A stretch of DNA of 64,000 nt from Promethearchaeota archaeon (GCA_030599585.1 JAUVNS010000001.1:160001-224000); one strand, 5' to 3'. Shown: positions 40,978 through 51,054, counted from the stretch's first letter. Program-made: numbers and translations. The notes: generated by a model from the letters alone, not told the origin.

Positions 40978-41565
40978 TTACTCTAATTTTTGGCCACAAC
41001 TTGCACAGAATTTAGCTTCCATTGCTAATTCAGTTCCGCAATTCTGACATTTTTTATTCTCCGGAACATCCTGAACATCTTGTGTTTCCTGAGTTTTTTT
41101 TTCTATACTCGAACCACAATGTGGGCAAAACTTGGCATCTTTATCAATTTCATCTCCACAATAAGGACAATTAACTTTCACGATGGGTGTTTCAATTTGA
41201 GTCGCTGACGCTAAAGAGATAGGTTTTGTTATCGTTTGAACAGTTCCTACTTGAACCGAAATTGGAAGAGTTATGTTGTGTCCTTTTTTAGTTAATAAGT
41301 TAGCTGTTAAAGTAAAGACGCCGTTTTCTTTAGGTAGTATTGAAAAGAGCCGATTACGGCTATTTCGCTTTGCGATTCCACCATAAAATTCTCTTTTTAT
41401 TAAAATTTTAACTTCTGGCGGCCCAGTTAAACTTACTTTAACTTGTGGCATATAACTATCAGTAAGATTTTGAACAGTAATGTAGAATTCTTTCCGTTTA
41501 TTTAAACTACAATAGAGCGCTTCTACATTTCCCTTTAAACTAATATGAAAATCTGTTTCAGACAT
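40978..41565 (-). CDS. Cytoplasmic Ig-like beta-sandwich + double zinc ribbon protein
   Basis: ITVQN...VKVSL...FSILP beta pattern; CPYCG...AKFCPHCG and CQNCG...AKFCASCG. Confidence 0.8.
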   Translation of the reverse strand: MSETDFHISLKGNVEALYCSLNKRKEFYITVQNLTDSYMPQVKVSLTGPPEVKILIKREFYGGIAKRNSRNRLFSILPKENGVFTLTANLLTKKGHNITLPISVQVGTVQTITKPISLASATQIETPIVKVNCPYCGDEIDKDAKFCPHCGSSIEKKTQETQDVQDVPENKKCQNCGTELAMEAKFCASCGQKLE

Positions 41566-41765
41566 AATTAATCTCGTTATTCTTTTTCTTCTTTAAGGTA
41601 ATTTGACTATATATTTTTTTACATTATTTCAAAAATTAAAGGAATCAAACAGAATTTAATGTATAATATAAAAATAGGTTAAGTAAATATATAACATTTG
41701 GAGACCAATTTTTCGTAAGAGATAAAATAATCGGGAAAATTACTAAATTATGTTTTTGAATGGTT

Positions 41766-42434
41766 TTAGCTCATTATTTTCTGTTTGAAGATATCGATTG
41801 TTTCCGAAATTTCATTTAGACGCACAGAAAATTCTTTTGGTTTTAACTTTTTCAACTTTTCAAAATCACGGATAATTTCTTTGAATTCGCTAATCCAAAT
41901 TTTCATAAGTATCTCGTTCTCTTTTCCTTCGACTTGCTTATTAATGATTCTACTGATAGAAGAATCAACTTTATCCATAAATTTCTTTTCATTTATTGTA
42001 TAAGAGATTTTTAAAACATCTTGTTGAGTTTTGAGGATTTCAATATCTTCGTTCATTGATGATTTATGTTGTAATAATTCTTCATTAAACTTATTTATCA
42101 TAGCCATGATGATTTCTTCTTGAGTTCTAATAGTTTGTTCAATTCGTTCTTGACTCGATATAATATCACCCCTAAGGGATGTCATCTCTTGTTTTACGAA
42201 CTTCATATCACCTTCTAAATTAGAAACTTGCTCATTTAGATTTTGAATCGTTTTAGTGTTAGACTTAATCATATTCATTTTGGATATGGTCTTTTCGAAT
42301 TGGTCTGCTAGATGGTGCAAGCTTTTTGGGACATCTTTCATAGAATTGAAATCTTTTTCGAGTTTATCAACTTGTTCAATTAAATGTTGAAAATCTTTGG
42401 GAGTAATTTCTTCAATATTTTCTTTCTTAGGAAT
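41766..42434 (-). CDS. Coiled-coil protein; start extended to probable ATT at 42434 (track start 42341)
   Basis: Continuous heptads; in-frame extension (M)PKKENIEEITPKDFQHLIEQVDKLEKDFNS preceded by GGTGA SD. Confidence 0.7.
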   Translation of the reverse strand: MPKKENIEEITPKDFQHLIEQVDKLEKDFNSMKDVPKSLHHLADQFEKTISKMNMIKSNTKTIQNLNEQVSNLEGDMKFVKQEMTSLRGDIISSQERIEQTIRTQEEIIMAMINKFNEELLQHKSSMNEDIEILKTQQDVLKISYTINEKKFMDKVDSSISRIINKQVEGKENEILMKIWISEFKEIIRDFEKLKKLKPKEFSVRLNEISETIDIFKQKIMS

Positions 42435-42477
42435 TCTATTTCACCATTAATGTTCTAATATGTTTGCATAATAAATT

Positions 42478-43449
42478 TTAATTATTCTTATCCGACTTCT
42501 CAAGCTCTAAAATTGAATCTAACTTTATTTCAAAATCATTATGCAGATTTGATAAATCTTCTAATGTTTTATCAATATTATCAATTAGAGAACTGATTGG
42601 AGTTTTTTTTAATTCCAAAATTAGCTCAGAAATAGCAACTAAATTGTTCTTAAAAGCACTAAATATATTTTCTTTAATTTTATTTTTATCAATATCAAAC
42701 TCTCTGATTTGTTTTAGATCCCTGATTTCTTTAAGAGGAAAATGGTCTTTATCGGTTAATTTTATATTCTTTTTAATAATTTTGGGAGTGATTTTCTTAT
42801 GAAGTGTATTTGAATCAATTTCATTAATGTTAATAATTAAATCGCTTAACTCATCTTCAGATTTACCCACTGATGCTAAAAAATCCTTAGGTATACCTTG
42901 AAATTCTGTTTTATTACCACTTTCCTCTAATTTTTTTAAAAAATCAAAAATTACAAGTGTAAATAGCTCTACAATATTATCTTGGGTTTTGGCAGACACA
43001 AATATTATTGGAAATCCCTGAATTTGATATTTTCTTATATTATTTAATAGAATTTCAGAATCTTCAGGTTTTAGTAAGTCAGATTTATTTCCCACTAAAT
43101 ACATAATGCATTCAGGAGAATGCTTTGATAGGTTTTTAAGATACGTTTCGATTATTTCTTGGAGAGACTCTTTTGGGTTACTCAAGTCAAATAATAGTAG
43201 AGCTGAATCCAAATTACTGAAAAACACGGGGTTCAAAGGGTTGAAGCTTCTTTGCCCCCCAATATCCCATATATTTAATCGAATATGATTATTTTTTAGT
43301 TTATATTCCTTTCTGGCAATGTTACTTCCAATAGTGGGGATATACATCGAAGGAAAATCTTTTCCCACGAAGGTATTAACCATGGATGTTTTACCGACAC
43401 CCCATTGACCCAATACCGTGAGTTTAATATTGATTTCAGAGACTAGCAT
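42478..43449 (-). CDS. Rab/Ras-like small GTPase with helical C-terminal extension
   Basis: G1 GQWGVGKTS, G2 YIPTIG, G3 WDIGGQ, G4 GNKSDL, G5 SAKT. Confidence 0.92.
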   Translation of the reverse strand: MLVSEINIKLTVLGQWGVGKTSMVNTFVGKDFPSMYIPTIGSNIARKEYKLKNNHIRLNIWDIGGQRSFNPLNPVFFSNLDSALLLFDLSNPKESLQEIIETYLKNLSKHSPECIMYLVGNKSDLLKPEDSEILLNNIRKYQIQGFPIIFVSAKTQDNIVELFTLVIFDFLKKLEESGNKTEFQGIPKDFLASVGKSEDELSDLIININEIDSNTLHKKITPKIIKKNIKLTDKDHFPLKEIRDLKQIREFDIDKNKIKENIFSAFKNNLVAISELILELKKTPISSLIDNIDKTLEDLSNLHNDFEIKLDSILELEKSDKNN

Positions 43450-43559
43450 GAGCAGTAATTAAAATAATATTGACAATTTATTAAACTATAAAAAAAGGTC
43501 TATATAAATATACTTTATCCATGAGCAGAATCTAATATAAGAAAGTAGCAAATACTCTT

Positions 43560-44156
43560 CTAATTAGAAGGATTATCGTTATTTTTCCCTGAAAATTTTT
43601 TAAAGGCGAATATCAATCTTTGAAGAACTGTTACATTAGTGCCAATGGCAAGAATGACCATTGTCCACCAGATTGCGGTGGGAAACCAGATTTGAAATAT
43701 TGAACCTATAAAAAGGATAGGTACTCTGTCCGTTCTTTCTAGCAAACCTACACCGTATAAGTTTGGAACTCCTAAGCTTTCTATTTTGGCTCTCGTATAC
43801 GAAGTTAAAAATGCCCCAGCTAAAGTAATTAGTCCAATATAGATGTTAGTATACCCACCAAGAATAATTCCAAAGAAAATGAAGATATCTCCTATTCTAT
43901 CTAAGGTAGAATCTAAAAAAGCTCCTAATTTAGTAGGTCCTTGTAATCGAGCAACTACGCCATCTAATTGATCAAAAAATTCAACTATAAATAGCGTTAT
44001 AATAATGAAAACTAGATTTTGGACCAAGAAACTCAAAAGGGTTAAAAACGCGAAAAAAAGACCTAAAGCAGTGATAACGTTAGCGGGTACTCTTTTTATC
44101 TTTTTCCCCAATGGAAGTAACAGTTTTTCTGAGAATTTTTTTACTCCTAATAACAT
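43560..44156 (-). CDS. CDP-alcohol phosphatidyltransferase (archaetidylinositol phosphate synthase-like)
   Basis: ANVIT, DQLDGVVAR...GAFLDSTLDRIGD signature, SYTRAK, GLLERTDR. Confidence 0.9.
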   Translation of the reverse strand: MLLGVKKFSEKLLLPLGKKIKRVPANVITALGLFFAFLTLLSFLVQNLVFIIITLFIVEFFDQLDGVVARLQGPTKLGAFLDSTLDRIGDIFIFFGIILGGYTNIYIGLITLAGAFLTSYTRAKIESLGVPNLYGVGLLERTDRVPILFIGSIFQIWFPTAIWWTMVILAIGTNVTVLQRLIFAFKKFSGKNNDNPSN

Positions 44157-44263
44157 CTTGCTTTACAATCTTAGATTTAGTGGGTTATATTTTTTTCCAA
44201 ATATAAGGCTTATCATAATTTATCATAATGAATCAATGAGAAAAAAAAATATAAAATAGAATT

Positions 44264-45769
44264 TTACACACGATAGATTGGGTAAAATTTCTTTTCTAAA
44301 TACTCTATGAAATAGTCAGGGTTTAAGTCTTCTCCCGTCACACTAGTAATTAAGTCTTTAGCTTGATAGATTCTGCCGTATTGATGGATGTTTTCTCTTA
44401 CAAATGTTAATAAGTTAGAAAAATTACCTTTTTCATACTCTTCTGGCAAGGAAGGATGGTCTTTAAGCGCTTTTTTATAGAATTGTGCTCCATACAAGTT
44501 TCCTAAATAGTAAGTCGGAAAATAGCCAAAAGCTCCGCCAGACCAATGTACGTCTTGTAGTACGCCATCTGCATTGTTTGGAGGTGTTATCCCTAATAAA
44601 TCCTCCATTTTTGAATTCCAAATTTCTGGTAATTCACTAACATTAACATTTCCCTCGATAATATCTCTCTCTAATTCGAACCTTAATATTACATGCATAC
44701 CGTAAGTAACTTCATCAGCTTCTACACGAATCAGGGATGGTTGAACCGTGTTAATACTTCGATGAAAATCTTCTACAGAGATATTTTTTAAATTTTCTGG
44801 AAAACTCTTTTCTAATTTAGGATACCAATATTTCCAAAATTCTTTACTGCGCCCTACCATGTTTTCCCACATTCTCGATTGACTTTCGTGAATGCCCATT
44901 GAACAGCCATTTGCTAAAATGTTATCGTGAATTTCTTTTTTAAATCCCATATCGTATAAGGCGTGACCACATTCGTGAATCGACCCAAAAACGCACGTTG
45001 AGAAGAAATTTTCGTCAATTCGAGTGGTAAATCTTGTATCCGAAGAAGAAAGAGAGGTTGTAAATGGATGAGCTGATTTGTCTTGGCGTCCTTTGTTAAA
45101 ATCATAATTTAATCCCTTTATGACTTCAATACTAAAGTCCCATTGCTTATTTACGTCCCATTTCTGAGTAATGATGGAAAAATCTGGTTTATCGGTTGAA
45201 TTATTCAATTTTTTTATGATTTTATTAAGATCTTGTTTTGATTTGTTGAATATTTTCGCAATCCAATCGTATGTGGCACCAGGTTCGTAGAGATCGATGA
45301 GTGTTGAATAAGGATCAGGATGCGTATCCAATTTCTCTGCAACCTGAATTTGAAGCCCGATCATCTTTTCTAATAGTGGTTGAAATAGAGAAAAGTCATC
45401 ATTTTTTCTGGCTTCAACCCATTTAGCGTGACCTAAAGAGGCAGTTTTCGAAACTTCTTGGACCAATTTCGTTGGTAATTTGACTTCTAGATCGTAATCC
45501 CTTTTAGCTTCTCGTATGAAAGCAGCATCAATTATATCTAAATTATCTAACTTCTCACATTCCTTGATTAGACTTCCTATTTTATCAGAAATTAATCGTT
45601 CATGAACAATTTTACTCATGAGAGCACTTTGTTCTGCTCTACCTCCAAAAGATCCGGGGGGTAAATTTACTTGTTGATCCCATCCTAACAAAGACCGGAT
45701 ATAGTTAAGTCGAGTAATTTCACTAAATTCCTTCTTAAGCTTTTCTATTGGATTCATATTTTTAAACAC
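44264..45769 (-). CDS. Carboxypeptidase Taq (M32)
   Basis: LGWDQ, HPF, HECGH, HESQSR, IRVEADE, QDVHWS, YFPTY. Confidence 0.95.
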   Translation of the reverse strand: MFKNMNPIEKLKKEFSEITRLNYIRSLLGWDQQVNLPPGSFGGRAEQSALMSKIVHERLISDKIGSLIKECEKLDNLDIIDAAFIREAKRDYDLEVKLPTKLVQEVSKTASLGHAKWVEARKNDDFSLFQPLLEKMIGLQIQVAEKLDTHPDPYSTLIDLYEPGATYDWIAKIFNKSKQDLNKIIKKLNNSTDKPDFSIITQKWDVNKQWDFSIEVIKGLNYDFNKGRQDKSAHPFTTSLSSSDTRFTTRIDENFFSTCVFGSIHECGHALYDMGFKKEIHDNILANGCSMGIHESQSRMWENMVGRSKEFWKYWYPKLEKSFPENLKNISVEDFHRSINTVQPSLIRVEADEVTYGMHVILRFELERDIIEGNVNVSELPEIWNSKMEDLLGITPPNNADGVLQDVHWSGGAFGYFPTYYLGNLYGAQFYKKALKDHPSLPEEYEKGNFSNLLTFVRENIHQYGRIYQAKDLITSVTGEDLNPDYFIEYLEKKFYPIYRV

Positions 45770-45885
45770 TTATTTTAATTTTCTTGAAATTTATATAAAC
45801 GAGATAAATCTAAGTATATAAAAAAAATTTGCTTTTTTGGTTCACTGCTCCATTCTCTTATAATGTGAAATGCAAATCAAAACTT

Positions 45886-47412
45886 CTACAATGAATCGTG
45901 TCTTACAAAAAAGGTAGCTGCAGATTCGAGATCCTCCACTGTGAGAGGTCTTGCTAAAGTTTTCTGTAGTTCTGTTATTAATTGAGAGCATAACTTTAGA
46001 CTTAATGTACTTCCACTTTGTTCAATCAATTTTTGAAGCATTTCAGGATAAATTGCTTCGCTTTCACTCTCACTTTGCTCTAACGTTGGGCGTTTCTCTT
46101 CGGGTATAACTTCGTCTATATGGAGCGTGATGTCTTCTTTATCTATATCTTCTGCTTCTGAAGCATCCGACATTGAAAATAACAATAAATCCTCTGTCTC
46201 TTGCTTAGCTACTGGCGATCGTGAAGCCTTAATCGTAGTTCTAGGTATTTCGATGGGGGGTGGTTTAATTTGAGATTTATTGGATGGTAGTGGTGCCACT
46301 TGAACTCGTCGCGTAAATTGAATTTTTCCTGGTATCTCGAATTTCCTTTTACTTTCTATTTGTTTCCTCATTTTAGTTTGTTCGTCGATATGTTCTTGTA
46401 ACTTCGTTATTTTTTCCTTAAGAGTCGAGATGTAAGTAAAATCTTGATAGTCATTAGAAATTTTTATGAGTTCCTTGTATTTAGCAATTGCGAGTATTAA
46501 ATTCCCGTCTTTTTCAATGCTTTTAGCTTCATTAAGCGATTCAATAAAATGATGAGGCAAAAGTTTTTTTAGATTGAGGGTTTTAGCGATTAAGAGTTTG
46601 ATTTTTTCTTGCATTCCCGTTTCAATTAATGAGATTTCTTCAAAATCAGAAAGGTCTAGCTCGTTTTTTATAATTTTCAAGTCGTTATTATCAATCAATT
46701 CCCGTTTGTTTCCAAGAATAAGGAGCTTGGAAAATTTGCTTTCTTGCTTCTGCAAGTCTAAAAAATGGTTAATTACTCGGATATGATAATTAGATAAATC
46801 AAATAATAAAACTACCAAGTCAGACCCTTGTATGAATTTTGACCACAAGAGCGAAAAATTATCTTTTAATTCAAAATCCCAGAGATCGAACTTCAAATTA
46901 TCTACAGCAAAAATCGATGCTTTTGCGAAATTCATAATTTGACGTACTTGGTCGCTTTTTATCATGTTGAATAATTGAGTCTTACCAGAATTAATAGGTC
47001 CAACAATAGTAATTTTTGAATGTAAATTGTGCTGCTGTTCTCTCAAAAAATCGACAAATTCTCGTTTGTTATCATCTGGTTTACTCACATCTGTCGGATT
47101 TGAAAACAATTCATGAAACTTTTTTATTGTGTTTTCTAATATTGGGGATATATATTCAAGACTATCAACCAAGTCTGTAATAAATAAAAATAATACCTTC
47201 TTCTCTGTTTTGTGGAATATTTGGAAGTTTTCTGAGACAGGGCGATGAAAAATTTTACCTCTCTTAGGCATATCTATGAACGACTGGATTACACCCCTAA
47301 CGTTGTTCAACTCGCCATCTCCTAGAGCGAGAGCGTATGTGTGATTATAAATATTTTTTCCAGAATAAAATATATGGATTTGCCGAAGTATTTTTATCTC
47401 CTCTTTTTTCAA
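45886..47412 (-). CDS. Longin-like domain + degenerate Arf-like GTPase + helical/low-complexity C-terminus
   Basis: N-terminal ~130 aa longin-like pattern (IHIFYSG..., VLFLFITD...); G1 GPINSGKT; G3 WDFELK; G4 NKRE. Confidence 0.72.
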   Translation of the reverse strand: MKKEEIKILRQIHIFYSGKNIYNHTYALALGDGELNNVRGVIQSFIDMPKRGKIFHRPVSENFQIFHKTEKKVLFLFITDLVDSLEYISPILENTIKKFHELFSNPTDVSKPDDNKREFVDFLREQQHNLHSKITIVGPINSGKTQLFNMIKSDQVRQIMNFAKASIFAVDNLKFDLWDFELKDNFSLLWSKFIQGSDLVVLLFDLSNYHIRVINHFLDLQKQESKFSKLLILGNKRELIDNNDLKIIKNELDLSDFEEISLIETGMQEKIKLLIAKTLNLKKLLPHHFIESLNEAKSIEKDGNLILAIAKYKELIKISNDYQDFTYISTLKEKITKLQEHIDEQTKMRKQIESKRKFEIPGKIQFTRRVQVAPLPSNKSQIKPPPIEIPRTTIKASRSPVAKQETEDLLLFSMSDASEAEDIDKEDITLHIDEVIPEEKRPTLEQSESESEAIYPEMLQKLIEQSGSTLSLKLCSQLITELQKTLARPLTVEDLESAATFFVRHDSL

Positions 47413-47586
47413 GGAATTCTTTAATCGCTTTCTTTAATAATATATATTTAATCTCTCATTAATATATTTTACAATTCCAAGTACTTTCAGTTAGTCAGTT
47501 TAAAACTCAATAGAAAAGTTTAGAATTAGTGTTAAATGTTATCAAAATGTATCTTATGATTTTCTAAACTAAAATATTACTAAAAA

Positions 47587-48522
47587 ATGCCACTCCAGCC
47601 CGAACATACTGCTAAATTTTTAGACGAGGATGTAGATTTGAAGTTCAAGTCAGAATTACTTGAACTTTTGAGTGAAAGAATCGATAGATTATGTTTCAAG
47701 GACTGTGAAATTGATCGAATCCAATGCACATTAACTCCTTTGTGTACACAACGATTTTTAATTAATTTACGGATTAAAAATGGTTTGACATTAAATGATT
47801 TACCAAAATTTTGCTATAAAGTTCATAGAGATGTAATCGAAAGATATTTTTGGCATAAAACAGTAATATATAAGCCATTTGATACTTATTTGTATTTAAT
47901 AGACTTCTTTTCCGTTTATTTTAGAGGAGATTATCGAGCTCTGAATAAATTTTTTTCAAAAGGAGATTTTAAAGGAGCACGCAAGATTTTTAATGATAGA
48001 ATAAATAACAGGGACGAAAATTTTCGATATCTTTTAACTAAAGAATACGATTTCATGATATTTAAATACGATGAAAAAATTCATGTGTGCTTCATAAACG
48101 AGAATTATGCGTTGTGTAATGCAAATAGAGAAAAAATTCCCGATTTGAAACTTTTATTTGGTGTGAGTAAACTCTTTGCTCAAATATATTTTCCTGAGGT
48201 TAAGCTAAAACTAATTCCGGACGAATGCGTAGAGATTACAACTTTTATCCCAAAAGATATGCTTTCTTCCATTAGCAATGAAGAACCAAAAGATGAAGAT
48301 TCTAAACGAGATACCTACATTTGGAACGTTTTACCTAATGACTTAGATGTTTTAAGCCAATTTTGTAAAGAAATTAATATATTTGTTGACAGAAAGCAAA
48401 ATTTAGCAATAAAACTAAGCATAGCTGTAAAAGCAAAACTTCGATACCGAGATTTACGTTTAGTGTTTAACATTCTATTTCGCTTGTATAACGATTTTTA
48501 TGTATTACATATTTTAAATTAA
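47587..48522 (+). CDS. Hypothetical protein with N-terminal Cys cluster
   Basis: CFKDC-x6-C-x5-C...C; 311-aa ORF. Confidence 0.7.
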   Translation: MPLQPEHTAKFLDEDVDLKFKSELLELLSERIDRLCFKDCEIDRIQCTLTPLCTQRFLINLRIKNGLTLNDLPKFCYKVHRDVIERYFWHKTVIYKPFDTYLYLIDFFSVYFRGDYRALNKFFSKGDFKGARKIFNDRINNRDENFRYLLTKEYDFMIFKYDEKIHVCFINENYALCNANREKIPDLKLLFGVSKLFAQIYFPEVKLKLIPDECVEITTFIPKDMLSSISNEEPKDEDSKRDTYIWNVLPNDLDVLSQFCKEINIFVDRKQNLAIKLSIAVKAKLRYRDLRLVFNILFRLYNDFYVLHILN

Positions 48523-48550
48523 GATAAAAAAATAAGATGGTTGACGAAAA

Positions 48551-50014
48551 ATGGCCGAAAGTAACCAAAATAATCCAGAAATAATTAAAATTAAGGATTT
48601 TGTGAAGGATGATAGATTAGATGACGCAGTTAAAATAATTGCTTTATACCTTGGAGACTCAAATCAAGATAATTATTTGAACAGATTAGAGAACATTTTC
48701 GAGATGCTACTTTCCCTTCATGGAGGGAGGATGGTATTGAGATTTTTAATAGAGCAACTCATAATAGATATTCCTTCATTACTAGAACATCTCTCTAAGC
48801 GTGATTCTGTTCTTCGATATTCATTTTTGTTACTCTTGAAAACTCTTTGTGAAAACGAATGCGATTTGTTCCTCCCCCACAGTGAAGATTTATTAGATTC
48901 TCCTGACCCAAATGTTAGAGAAGCCGACTTACAGCTTATTATTTTTATGGCAGGAGGAGAAACAGATATTGAAGATGAATCTCTCGTTAATAAAATCGTG
49001 GCTACTCTAGCTGACGAAAAAGATTTTGTAATTGAGAAAGCTATACAAGCGCTAATAACAATTGGTCGAAGACATCCATCTTTAATTACAAAAGCAGTTA
49101 CTAATTTTGTTAAAGAACAGCCAGAAAACGAAAAAATGAAAACTGCTATAGATACTGTGCTAAAGTCAGTAGTCACTGTTGAAAAAATTGATGAATTAGT
49201 AGAAGAAAGCCATAAAGAAGCAATATTGGACGAGAAATCATTAGAAAAGGAAAAAATTGAGAGAATCGATAAGAAGTTAGATTTAAAGAAAAAAGAAATT
49301 GAAATCAAGATAAAAAAATTAGAATTGAAAGAAAAAGAGAAGGACTTAGAAGAAAAAATAACCCAAGAAAGAGAAAAAACACTAAAACTTAAGGAAGACA
49401 TTCACGAACAAGAAACTACAGTAGGGCCTGACTTAGAAATCCTCCCTAAAAAAGTTATAAAACAATTAAAAAAGGAAGAAACTGAGATAATCGATAAGGA
49501 ATTAGAATTAAAGAAAAAAGAAATTGAAATCAAGAAAAAAAAATTAGAATTAGAAGAAAAAGAGAAGGATTTAGAAGAAAAAATAATCCAAGAAAGAGAA
49601 AAAACGTTAAAACTTAAAGAAGAAATTCTCGAACAAGAAACTATAGTTGGTTCTGACTTAGAAATCCTCCCTAAAAAAGTTATAAAACAATTGGAAAAGG
49701 AAGAATCTCACATCATAGACAGGGAGATAGAATTAAAGAAAAAAGAAATTGAAATCAAGAAAAAAAAATTAGATTTGGAAGAAAAGGAACGGGAAATTGA
49801 AGAATTTGCTATTCAAGAAAAAGAGAAAGCTTTGAAAATAAAGGAGGAACTAATTGAAAAAGAAACAGAACTATCTAACGTAGAAATTGAACTTCATCAG
49901 AAAAAAATAGAGGAAAAAGAACAAAGAATCATGGAAAACGAACTTGAGAGAGCAGAAGAGAAAATAAAAGAGCTGAAAGAAGAGGATTTTAACGACTCTG
50001 ACGAAGACAGTTGA
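48551..50014 (+). CDS. ARM/HEAT head + long repetitive coiled coil + acidic tail
   Basis: DSPDPNVREA, DEKDFVIEKAIQAL HEAT motifs; E/K-rich rod; ends EEDFNDSDEDS. Confidence 0.8.
   Translation: MAESNQNNPEIIKIKDFVKDDRLDDAVKIIALYLGDSNQDNYLNRLENIFEMLLSLHGGRMVLRFLIEQLIIDIPSLLEHLSKRDSVLRYSFLLLLKTLCENECDLFLPHSEDLLDSPDPNVREADLQLIIFMAGGETDIEDESLVNKIVATLADEKDFVIEKAIQALITIGRRHPSLITKAVTNFVKEQPENEKMKTAIDTVLKSVVTVEKIDELVEESHKEAILDEKSLEKEKIERIDKKLDLKKKEIEIKIKKLELKEKEKDLEEKITQEREKTLKLKEDIHEQETTVGPDLEILPKKVIKQLKKEETEIIDKELELKKKEIEIKKKKLELEEKEKDLEEKIIQEREKTLKLKEEILEQETIVGSDLEILPKKVIKQLEKEESHIIDREIELKKKEIEIKKKKLDLEEKEREIEEFAIQEKEKALKIKEELIEKETELSNVEIELHQKKIEEKEQRIMENELERAEEKIKELKEEDFNDSDEDS
49240..49790. repeat. 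Intragenic 225-bp (75-aa) tandem duplication, ~2.4 copies
   Basis: ATCGAT at 49265/49490 (ATAGAC 49715); CCTCCCTAAAAAAG at 49441/49666. Confidence 0.9.
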
Positions 50015-50043
50015 ATAATAAGAAAGTTAAAACAACTCAAATT

Positions 50044-51054
50044 CTAATTGATTTTATCTTCCGTAATTGGTGCGGTGTATAATCGCTTCACTATTTTTCG
50101 AATCTCGCCAACCTTAATGCTATCCGCCGGTAAACTTTTTTGTATGGCCTTAGCGAGTCTATAAGCAAGCTCGATATATGCTAAATCTTCCAAGAATTCA
50201 ACAATCTGTATTTTATAATCGCTATCCTCTACGCCTTCTCCGTATTCCATTAGTTTTTCTTTCAGTAAGAGATCAATCTTATCCGTCCTTTCAATAAAAC
50301 GCACTTTTTTAACTAATTGTTTAAAAGAATTAAAAATGTTGTAGAGCTCTGAACGAGGATAATCATCAATATTCTTTAATACATAGAATATAAAGAGCTC
50401 CGCTTTTTCGTAGCGTTTAATTTTCAAACTCACTTCTAAGAGTGCAAGAAGTGCTTGTTCGTAAAGAAATTTACTTCCTATATTTGGGACAATTTTTTCG
50501 AATATCCAATCAATTAAATTAGGTTGATCAAATCTTTCTATGATGTCAATAAGTAGTTTGATAACAGAAAAATATAACTTGGCATTTTCAGTTTTGGTTC
50601 CCGATAAGAACGATACTAAAGCATATTTAATCCTTCCCATCGCATCCTCCATATTAATTGGAGTTTCTGCGAATTTGTAAAACGCTGATTCTAAAATCGG
50701 TTGAATTTTTTCTCTATTTTTAAATTCGTAGATGAAATATTCACCCCAATTCGGAGCAATTTTTTTTGAGGTTGCCTTATCTTTCGTTTTTGGACTGGAT
50801 TTTGTAGGTGTTCTTGGTTTTGATTCTTTTGCTTTTACAATTTGATTTTTAGCATCTTCCTCTGTTAATAATTCTAAAATAATCTTATCTTTTTCTTTTG
50901 GAACTATTATTCTGAAGAATGCTTCTTTCTCTTCATTGAATAACGCTTCTCTTAGTTCTTTAGGGAAAGTGATACCTGTTTTAGTCTTTTTTATAATGTC
51001 TTCAAAAAAAACTTCTTCTTCTTTTTCTTCTTCAGATTTCTTCTCTTGTGCCAT
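50044..51054 (-). CDS. AbrB/SpoVT-like N-terminal domain fused to alpha-helical repeat region
   Basis: KTGITFPKELREAL...FFRIIV...KIILEL pattern, K/P/T-rich linker, then helical repeats. Confidence 0.6.
   Translation of the reverse strand: MAQEKKSEEEKEEEVFFEDIIKKTKTGITFPKELREALFNEEKEAFFRIIVPKEKDKIILELLTEEDAKNQIVKAKESKPRTPTKSSPKTKDKATSKKIAPNWGEYFIYEFKNREKIQPILESAFYKFAETPINMEDAMGRIKYALVSFLSGTKTENAKLYFSVIKLLIDIIERFDQPNLIDWIFEKIVPNIGSKFLYEQALLALLEVSLKIKRYEKAELFIFYVLKNIDDYPRSELYNIFNSFKQLVKKVRFIERTDKIDLLLKEKLMEYGEGVEDSDYKIQIVEFLEDLAYIELAYRLAKAIQKSLPADSIKVGEIRKIVKRLYTAPITEDKIN

Noticed and set aside
41766-42434. Coiled-coil protein as a SNARE or ESCRT-III
   Set aside because: No C-terminal TM, no recognisable zero-layer pattern and no Snf7/Vps2 signature visible by eye
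48718-49401. 227-aa Ser/Phe-rich minus-strand ORF
   Set aside because: Antisense shadow of the E/K-rich coiled-coil gene
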